NCBI GenBank assembly: GCA_005191425.1
Contig: SUPR01000170.1
Location: 1 to 5,513 of the forward strand
DNA length: 5,513 nucleotides
Direction: 5' to 3'
DNA from: Candidatus Helarchaeota ASGARD archaeon Hel_GB_B
GTDB taxonomy: Archaea; Asgardarchaeota; Lokiarchaeia; Helarchaeales; HEL-GB-B
Under the pieces are notes generated by a model, which did no database searches, was not told the DNA's origin, and was given only the letters and a program-made list of their open reading frames with translations. A program made the position numbers and the translations under genes. The stretch's first letter is position 1; every line of letters starts with the position of its first letter. Positions 1 to 5,513 of the stretch are shown here, piece after piece.

Positions 1-294
1 TGGAGTTTAATAGGATATGGATTAGGTGCAAAAACCATATCTAAATGCTATAATTGTAATAAAATAATAGATAGGGGTAGCGAAATTAAATGTAAACTAT
101 GTAGAAATAAGTTTTGCTCAGATAAATGTTATAAAGAGCATATTTTATATACACATGATAGATGTGCTATTTGTGGAAGAGGATTTGGGAGAGATGCAAT
201 TTATGAGGTTTGCGAAATGCCAGAATGTAAAAATTTAAAGTTCTGTTCAATTAATTGTTTAAAAGAACATAAAAAATTAAAACATTCTTCGTAG
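1..294 (+). CDS. 5'-truncated gene; C-terminal tandem zinc-finger protein (two HIT/MYND/B-box-like C6H2 repeats)
   Basis: Frame +1 is open from base 1 to TAG at 292-294 (97 aa, hand translated): WSLIGYGLGAKTISKCYNCNKIIDRGSEIKCKLCRNKFCSDKCYKEHILYTHDRCAICGRGFGRDAIYEVCEMPECKNLKFCSINCLKEHKKLKHSS. It has 12 Cys and 4 His in two regularly spaced units: C-x2-C-x11-C-x2-C-x4-C-x3-C-x3-H-x4-H and C-x2-C-x12-C-x4-C-x5-C-x3-C-x3-H-x4-H. Confidence 0.88.
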   Translation, partial: WSLIGYGLGAKTISKCYNCNKIIDRGSEIKCKLCRNKFCSDKCYKEHILYTHDRCAICGRGFGRDAIYEVCEMPECKNLKFCSINCLKEHKKLKHSS

Positions 295-342
295 TTCTTA
301 AGTTGTCAATATCTACAATAATTAAATAATTATTCGGTAAAA

Positions 343-1134
343 ATGAATAATAGGATAGTATTTTGCTCAGACCATATAAACAAGAATTTCAGCTTAAAAG
401 AAGCAATTGAATTTTCACTTTCAAATAAAGCAATGTTAGAAGTTCATAATAAGCATTTTAAAGAACTATTTAACTTAAAATCATTTAATTCAATAATTGC
501 AATCCATCCACATTGGCGTGATTACTCATTAAGTACCGATGATGAACTAATTTATAATAAAGGTATCAACTTTCTAAAAAAATTAATTGAATTTGCTGGA
601 AATAATCATATAAAATATATAATATTACACCCTGAAGGATACCCACCAAATTTGGATATCGATATAAGATATCAAATAATTTTAGAATCATTTAGAACAT
701 TAATAAATTTTGCTAAAAAATACAATATTATAATATTATTAGAGAATATGCCTCCTGCAAGGATTTATCCACCCTCAGAGTTACCAGGATATTATATAGG
801 CGAAAAATTAGACGATTTAATTTCAATTTTTGATATAGATTCAAATATTGAGTTTATTTTTGACTTAGGACATTTTATTTGTAGCTATAAAATATATGGT
901 AATAAAGAATTGAAGATATTAAAAAGTCTAAATAAAAAACTCACATATGTTCATGTTCATGATAATGATGGGACAAAAAATAATCATGAACCATTAAAAA
1001 GAGAGAGCTCTATACAGATTTTAAATATGATTGAAGAATATTATAAACCAATTTATAGCATAGAAGTCAATCCAATTTTTAATGGATTAGATATTACATT
1101 AAAAAATTTATATCAAATCATAAAAGAAAAATAA
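343..1134 (+). CDS. Sugar phosphate isomerase/epimerase family protein (xylose isomerase-like / AP endonuclease 2 TIM barrel)
   Basis: 263 aa with the family's metal-ligand motifs in the correct order: IAIHP, IILHP, LLENMP, FDLGH, HVHDNDG..NNH and a terminal IEV. The substrate cannot be inferred. Confidence 0.85.
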   Translation: MNNRIVFCSDHINKNFSLKEAIEFSLSNKAMLEVHNKHFKELFNLKSFNSIIAIHPHWRDYSLSTDDELIYNKGINFLKKLIEFAGNNHIKYIILHPEGYPPNLDIDIRYQIILESFRTLINFAKKYNIIILLENMPPARIYPPSELPGYYIGEKLDDLISIFDIDSNIEFIFDLGHFICSYKIYGNKELKILKSLNKKLTYVHVHDNDGTKNNHEPLKRESSIQILNMIEEYYKPIYSIEVNPIFNGLDITLKNLYQIIKEK

Positions 1135-1153
1135 TAGGGAATTAATTATTAGA

Positions 1154-1184
1154 TTATATATAATAATAAAAAAATATGAGATGA
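1154..1184 (+). promoter_or_regulatory. Candidate TATA box and SD-like site for ridA
   Basis: TTATATATA at 1154-1162 starts 35 nt before the ATG. GAGATGA at 1178-1184 (one mismatch to GAGGTGA) lies 4 nt before the ATG. The AT-rich background lowers specificity. Confidence 0.4.
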
Positions 1185-1188
1185 AATT

Positions 1189-1578
1189 ATGGTAGAAAAA
1201 GAAGTAATTATTCCAAAAGATGGTGCACCTCCTGCAGGGCCATATTCACCTGCTATTAAAATTGGAAACTTTATATTCATCTCAGGACAAATACCGATAA
1301 ATCCAAATACTGGTAAAATTGAAGTAAAAAATGATATAAAAGAACAGACAAGAGTTTGTTTGGATAATATTGGAAAAATATTAAGTTCTCTTGATTTATC
1401 TTATGATAATATAGTAAAAGTAACTGTTTTTTTGAAAAATATTAATGATTTTGCAAGTATGAATGAAGTATATCGAGAATATTTTAATAAGAAACCGCCA
1501 GCAAGAAGTTGTGTAGAAGTTTCAAATATTCCATTAGGAGCTTTAATCGAAATAGAAGCTATAGCTTTTTATAAGTAA
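1189..1578 (+). CDS. ridA: RidA family reactive enamine/imine deaminase (YjgF/YER057c/UK114)
   Basis: 129 aa with [39 protein letters not shown] (catalytic Arg) and LIEIEAIA, all typical RidA motifs. Confidence 0.95.
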   Translation: MVEKEVIIPKDGAPPAGPYSPAIKIGNFIFISGQIPINPNTGKIEVKNDIKEQTRVCLDNIGKILSSLDLSYDNIVKVTVFLKNINDFASMNEVYREYFNKKPPARSCVEVSNIPLGALIEIEAIAFYK

Positions 1579-1593
1579 AAATATATATTTTTT
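1577..1593. terminator. Candidate bidirectional oligo-U terminator between convergent ridA and tfb
   Basis: The stop codons are 13 bp apart. A perfect 16-bp palindrome AAAAATATATATTTTT (1577-1592) puts a T-run downstream of each stop on its own strand. Confidence 0.5.
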
Positions 1594-2485
1594 ATTCATT
1601 TTTATTCATTTCTAAAAATTTTTTAATTTCTTTTGCTCTATTTCTTAAAGTAACTTCCGATATTTTACATACATTGGATATCATAGCTTGAGATTTTGGT
1701 GTATTTGCCTCTTTAGCTGCTAAATACAAAGCTGCAGCAGCCAAACCTTTTGGATCTTTACCAAGAGTTTGCATTCCATTAGCCTTAGCTTTTTCAATCA
1801 TTTGATTAGCTCTTACTTGTACTGCAGCACTTAAGCCTAAATCTTCGCCGTATCTACTTATAAACCTTGAAATTGATGTTGATTTCGGAGCTAAATTTAA
1901 TTCAGATAAGATTAATCTATAAGCTTTAGTAATTAACTTTTCATTAATTTGTGTTACTTCTGAAATTTCTTCAACAGTCCTAGGTATATCGTTAAGTCTA
2001 ATTGCAGCATAAATACTTCCAGCAATTAAATTATTGATTGAACGTCCCATTGTTAACTTTTTAGTTACAACTTTTTCATATATTCTTAAAGCTTCATCAG
2101 TAATTGTTTTAGGTAACCCGAGAGCTGCAGCATAACCTAATAATTTGGGTTGAGCTATAGACATATTCCGCTCAAATGTACTTGTAGTGGAACGATGTAT
2201 TTTGGATAATCGTCGGAATTTTTGTTTTAGTTCTGCTGATACATCTTTATCAAATTTAGAAATTACAGTTCGTGAACCATGAGTTCCATATACAGGTTCT
2301 GTTTGCCTTCTTTGTTCAATTTCTTGAGGTGTAAATGCTCGTCTTGGTGCTTCTTCGAATACTTGATCAAATACTACACCACAATTCTTGCATACGTAAT
2401 ATCCTCTCCAAGGTTGGATATCTGGATTATCACAACACGGTTCTTCATCATACATTTTATTATGTTGTTTTCTTTCGCTATCCAA
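1592..2485 (-). CDS. tfb: Archaeal transcription initiation factor IIB (TFB), divergent paralog-like
   Basis: N-terminal Zn ribbon (CCDNP...GYYVCKNCG), RAF motif, ERN helix and two cyclin folds (GRS..AG.IYAAIRLNDIPRT..EI; GKDPKGLAAAALY), ending in the HTH SEVTLRNRAKEI. The annotated start is TTG (2485) with an AAGTGA SD-like site 6 nt upstream. An alternative ATG at 2455 would give 287 aa. Confidence 0.95.
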   Translation of the reverse strand: MDSERKQHNKMYDEEPCCDNPDIQPWRGYYVCKNCGVVFDQVFEEAPRRAFTPQEIEQRRQTEPVYGTHGSRTVISKFDKDVSAELKQKFRRLSKIHRSTTSTFERNMSIAQPKLLGYAAALGLPKTITDEALRIYEKVVTKKLTMGRSINNLIAGSIYAAIRLNDIPRTVEEISEVTQINEKLITKAYRLILSELNLAPKSTSISRFISRYGEDLGLSAAVQVRANQMIEKAKANGMQTLGKDPKGLAAAALYLAAKEANTPKSQAMISNVCKISEVTLRNRAKEIKKFLEMNKNE

Positions 2486-2602
2486 TAAAATTCACTTTTA
2501 ACTTTTTAATTTTTTAATATAAAGGATTAAATACTATTTTTAATTTAATTTTTTTAAAAAAAATTATATCACCTTAATTTTCAAATTATTTTCTTTTTCC
2601 AC

Positions 2603-2610
2603 TATATAAA
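2603..2610 (-). promoter_or_regulatory. Candidate TATA box for tfb
   Basis: The minus strand reads TTTATATA (consensus archaeal TATA) about 120 nt upstream of the TTG. Not unique in such AT-rich DNA. Confidence 0.3.
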
Positions 2611-3362
2611 TTATATCTATATTAATATCTTTTTATTAATTTAATCTAAATTTTTTAGTAGGTTATATCTCCCATTATTAAGTTTAAACTTTCCACATTC
2701 TTAAAAATGACGTAAAACAAACATATACATATTTACTTTAATCATATAGCAAATTAACTACTTTTGAATGAATTATTACTATTTTTTCCGTTTATCATTA
2801 AAATTATCGTTAATTAATATTAAATTATTTTATTTTTATATTTTAGAAATAATTTTCTAAAGTTAAATAGAATATTTTTGAATTTATAATTAATATTTAG
2901 CAATTTAAATGATTTTTATAGTATTTATATCCATATTAATATAATATTTCTTTCTATAAAAACCTATGGTGTTTTTAATGTAATTTTTCATTTAAGTTAT
3001 TTTATTTAGATTATATATGAATAAAATATTTTTAATTAATTGATTTATTAATACTTTAAATTTATTTATGGAATTTAATTTAAAATAAATTATCTATTAC
3101 AAATAATAAATGTTCTCATATTGGATTGTTGATAAAGAAAAAAAGATTATTAATTTAATTTTAGGAAATAAATTTAATGAACTTTTAATTATTTTTAATA
3201 TAATAAGAAAATTTTTAAAATAACAAGTGATTTATGATTTTTTTAACAATTTGTTCCATAATTATATTTTAAAGTAATTAATTTATCAAAAATAAAGATT
3301 TTTAAACATTAAACTTTCATTTAATTGTTTTATTGCGGAAAATATTATACAAAACCTCAATT

Positions 3363-3406
3363 TTTATAATTAAATTATACTTATTTTTTAATTAAAATAA
3401 AAGAGG
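3363..3406 (+). promoter_or_regulatory. Candidate TATA box and SD for the oxidoreductase
   Basis: TTTATAAT at 3363-3370. GAGG at 3403-3406 is 2 nt from ATG 3409 and 8 nt from in-frame ATG 3415, which favours 3415 as the true start. Confidence 0.4.
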
Positions 3407-3408
3407 AA

Positions 3409-4938
3409 ATGAATATGTTAGGGCAAGAACCAGATAAATTTGGAGCTATTGTAATTGGAACTGGCTTTGGCGGAGCAGCGTGCGCAGCAATTTTAGCAAA
3501 TAAAGGTATAAAGACACTTCTAATAGATAAAAATAAATTTTTTGGTGGGAAGGCATTTACTCAAAATATACATGGACATAAAATTGACTTTTTTTCACAT
3601 TTATTATGTATGGGTGGATCAGGAGAAATTGGAGCTGTATTAAAAGAAATAAATGCATTTGATAGGATTAAATTTTTACAAACAAGAGTAGGTTCATTAT
3701 TTATTTATGATGAACGTCCTGTAGAGATTAAAACTAAGATGGATTTTGGAACATTATTAAGATTAGCTGATTGGATGCAGATTAAAAATAATGAAGAAAT
3801 GGAAGCAGTGATGAAGGCTTTTCAATATTTAATGGAGATGAAAGAACATGATTTTGATCAAATTTATAATTTAACAGTAGAAGAGTGGCTTAATCTTCAA
3901 TTTCCAAATATTCCTTTAGCTTTCAAAGACTTTTTAACATTATGGTGTGGTATGATGTTTGTTAATCCATCTAAATTCTCATCAGCAGGAGAATATGCTC
4001 GATATTTCACAAGAATTTTGAATACAAAAGATGCAGGGTATTGTAGTGGAGGTATTGGATATATACCTGAATTAATGGCAAAAACTGTCGAAGAAAATGG
4101 TTCTGTAGTAAAAATGGGTGAAGAAGTAGATAAAATTCTTATTGAAAATGATCGAGCTGTAGGAGTTCAAACAAAAGATGGAAATATATACATGGCGGAT
4201 GCAATAATTTCAAATGTTGGAATTCAACCTACGGTATTAAAATTAGTTGGAGCAGAATATTTCTCAAAAGAATATATTACCTATGTTAAAAATTTGATAC
4301 CTTCATTCTCAGGTGTTAGAATTAGATATTTTCTAAATAAAAAAATTATTAATAAAAAGTATGGCTCAATTTTAATCTATGGTGCAAATCATGATATAAG
4401 ATTCGATTGGAATACTATTGACCAAACTACATTTGAAGAATTTATGAAACCAATTAATTTACCAGTATTTATATCAATTCCTTCAAACTATGATCCTTCT
4501 TTATCTCCACCAAACGAACAAGCAATATTAGCAACTGCAATAGCCCCTCCAAATCCAAACAGGAAACAATGGGATATATTATTTGATAAAATAGAAGATA
4601 GTATGTTTAAAACATTTCCAGAAATATCTCAACATATTGAACATACAGATCGTGCAACTCCAAAAACAATTGGTGAAGTATCAGGTAGAATTATTGTTAG
4701 TGATATATTACCCGGGATAGGTGGAGAGGCTGTTGGACTTGCACAAATACCTGAACAGGTAGGATATAATAAACCAAATCCAAGATCACCAATTCCTGGA
4801 TTATTTTTCGTTGGGTGCGATGCAAATGTATATCCAGGCGGTGGTGGTGTTGGGTTAGAACAAGCAACAAATAGCGGTAGAAATACAGCACGATTAGTTA
4901 TGTCATATTTATTTGGCAAGAAAGTAAGGAATTTATAA
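3409..4938 (+). CDS. FAD-dependent oxidoreductase, phytoene desaturase/CrtI-CrtISO-RetSat-like family (COG1233-like)
   Basis: 509 aa with N-terminal Rossmann motif AIVIGTGFGG...LLIDKN..FGG, central GGIG.IPELMAKTVEENG, ADAIISNVG, and C-terminal SPIPGLFFVG.D...PGGGGV....SGR.TA. The start is probably 3415. No carotenoid genes are nearby, so the substrate is unknown. Confidence 0.88.
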   Translation: MNMLGQEPDKFGAIVIGTGFGGAACAAILANKGIKTLLIDKNKFFGGKAFTQNIHGHKIDFFSHLLCMGGSGEIGAVLKEINAFDRIKFLQTRVGSLFIYDERPVEIKTKMDFGTLLRLADWMQIKNNEEMEAVMKAFQYLMEMKEHDFDQIYNLTVEEWLNLQFPNIPLAFKDFLTLWCGMMFVNPSKFSSAGEYARYFTRILNTKDAGYCSGGIGYIPELMAKTVEENGSVVKMGEEVDKILIENDRAVGVQTKDGNIYMADAIISNVGIQPTVLKLVGAEYFSKEYITYVKNLIPSFSGVRIRYFLNKKIINKKYGSILIYGANHDIRFDWNTIDQTTFEEFMKPINLPVFISIPSNYDPSLSPPNEQAILATAIAPPNPNRKQWDILFDKIEDSMFKTFPEISQHIEHTDRATPKTIGEVSGRIIVSDILPGIGGEAVGLAQIPEQVGYNKPNPRSPIPGLFFVGCDANVYPGGGGVGLEQATNSGRNTARLVMSYLFGKKVRNL

Positions 4939-4950
4939 AAAATTAATATT

Positions 4951-5106
4951 TCACATAAATCTAATAAACTCTATAAAACATAAATTCATATCAAACAAAT
5001 TATTGATTGCTTCTAAAGCTTTATAAATTAAAGGAACTCCTATTGATAATACAAAAATTAATGTGATTAATAGAATTAATATTCTCTCAAAAGTCAATTC
5101 AACCAT
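4951..5106 (-). CDS. Small single-pass membrane protein (51 aa), not in the ORF track
   Basis: MVELTFERILILLITLIFVLSIGVPLIYKALEAINNLFDMNLCFIEFIRFM, stop TGA. It has a 20-residue hydrophobic stretch (I9-Y28) and an AAGTGA SD-like site 5 nt upstream. It ends 12 bp from the convergent oxidoreductase stop, with a T6 run after its own stop (A6 at 4937-4942 on +). Confidence 0.7.
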   Translation of the reverse strand: MVELTFERILILLITLIFVLSIGVPLIYKALEAINNLFDMNLCFIEFIRFM

Positions 5107-5110
5107 TTTT

Positions 5111-5142
5111 ATCACTTCTTTTTTTATTCTTTAATATTTAAA
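5111..5142 (-). promoter_or_regulatory. SD-like site and TATA box for the 51-aa ORF
   Basis: The minus strand has TTTAAATA (5142-5135) and AAGTGAT (5117-5111) ahead of the ATG at 5106. Confidence 0.45.
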
Positions 5143-5223
5143 CTAAACAGATTCTAAAAAGTAGATAATATAACATATAGATAATACATGAATTGATAAA
5201 TTTTCTAGATATTTGTTATTTTT

Positions 5224-5230
5224 AAGGTGA
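5224..5230 (+). promoter_or_regulatory. Archaeal Shine-Dalgarno AAGGTGA
   Basis: An exact AGGTGA lies 4 nt before ATG 5235 and 7 nt before the tandem ATG 5238. Confidence 0.65.
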
Positions 5231-5234
5231 ATAT

Positions 5235-5405
5235 ATGATGGAGATTATAAATTTAAAGCACAATAAAAATTCAATAGATAACAGAAATTTAAAATCAAAA
5301 AATTTTGGAGAAACTCAAATGAATATTAATGTATCTTTTACAATTCCAAGAAATAAATTAATGAAATTTCTATTAAGAACTACTATTAAATTATTAGGAG
5401 GATAA
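5235..5405 (+). CDS. Small hypothetical protein (55-56 aa) ending in LLGG, not in the ORF track
   Basis: MMEIINLKHNKNSIDNRNLKSKNFGETQMNINVSFTIPRNKLMKFLLRTTIKLLGG, stop TAA. It has an exact SD, an in-frame stop just upstream that bounds the start, and a T6 run at 5415-5420 downstream. Confidence 0.6.
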   Translation: MMEIINLKHNKNSIDNRNLKSKNFGETQMNINVSFTIPRNKLMKFLLRTTIKLLGG

Positions 5406-5513
5406 AATTAATAATTTTTTAAATATTTTATTATTAAATAGAATTCATTTTGATAGAATTAATTTTTATAACCATATTTTTCAAAATATTTTTTAAAATT
5501 TTTATAATTTTCT

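Larger units (their letters stand above)
2486..3408. other. Long, extremely AT-rich divergent intergenic region
   Basis: Hand count gives about 114 G+C in 840 nt (2521-3360), ~14% GC. The longest ATG-started ORF I found is 37 aa and has no SD. Confidence 0.8.

Noticed and set aside
112-371. 11-bp direct repeat TTTTGCTCAGA (112-122, 361-371), encoding FCSD in two adjacent genes
   Set aside because: A single short match with no flanking similarity; most likely coincidence.
1591-1610. 10-bp tandem repeat TTTATTCATT x2 at the tfb 3' end
   Set aside because: Low-complexity micro-duplication affecting only the last few non-conserved residues.
2279-2517. ORF-track entries 2279..2488(+) and 2335..2517(+)
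   Set aside because: Antisense shadows of the well-supported tfb gene, with no motifs.
2569-2574. Exact AGGTGA SD on the minus strand
   Set aside because: No start codon or ORF follows it, and it is ~85 nt from the tfb start.
2842-2861. Inverted repeat TTTAGAAA-N4-TTTCTAAA (also TAAAAAC-N7-GTTTTTA at 2957-2977 and TATAAT-N3-ATTATA at 3365-3379)
   Set aside because: At ~86% AT, a few 7-8 bp inverted repeats are expected by chance in this region; none recurs.
3110-3223. 37-aa ORF MFSYWIVDKEKKIINLILGNKFNELLIIFNIIRKFLK
   Set aside because: No SD and no motif; an open stretch of this length is plausible by chance in ~900 bp across six frames.
2597-3258. TTCCA half-sites (2597, 2691, 3254) resembling the start of a mini-ORB
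   Set aside because: The TGGAA half and G-string are missing, and there is no adjacent orc1/cdc6.
3225-3272. AAGTGA followed by the 12-aa hydrophobic ORF MIFLTICSIIIF
   Set aside because: SD spacing is only 3 nt and the composition is what T-rich DNA produces by default.
4629-4919. ORF-track entries 4629..4919(-) and 4697..4891(-)
   Set aside because: Antisense to the conserved C-terminus of the oxidoreductase; the Pro-rich content simply mirrors its Gly codons.
4951-4953. TGA stop of the 51-aa ORF as possible selenocysteine or readthrough
   Set aside because: Readthrough adds only five more codons before TAA, and no SECIS-like structured sequence is visible.
1-5513. CRISPR array, tRNA/rRNA, IS element or provirus
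   Set aside because: No regularly spaced repeats, GC-rich structured segments, transposase/integrase ORFs or terminal inverted repeats were seen.

Overview
Very AT-rich archaeal DNA. The archaeal-type TFB, GGTGA-type ribosome-binding sites and TTTAWATA boxes show it is archaeal; an Asgard/Lokiarchaeia-like origin is my inference and has not been checked. Gene order: (+) 3' part of a gene ending in two tandem Cys6His2 zinc-finger-like repeats (1-294, missing from the ORF track because its start lies outside the window); (+) xylose-isomerase/AP-endonuclease-2-like TIM barrel; (+) RidA; (-) a full-length but divergent transcription factor B; a ~920 bp non-coding stretch of about 14% GC; (+) a phytoene-desaturase-family FAD oxidoreductase; then two divergently oriented small ORFs below the track's length cutoff. 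These are a 51-aa single-TM protein (-) and a 56-aa protein ending in LLGG (+), each with a Shine-Dalgarno-like site. I saw no rRNA, tRNA, CRISPR array or mobile element. The most interesting unexplained items are the tandem HIT/MYND/B-box-like zinc fingers, the microprotein pair and the atypical N-terminus of the TFB.
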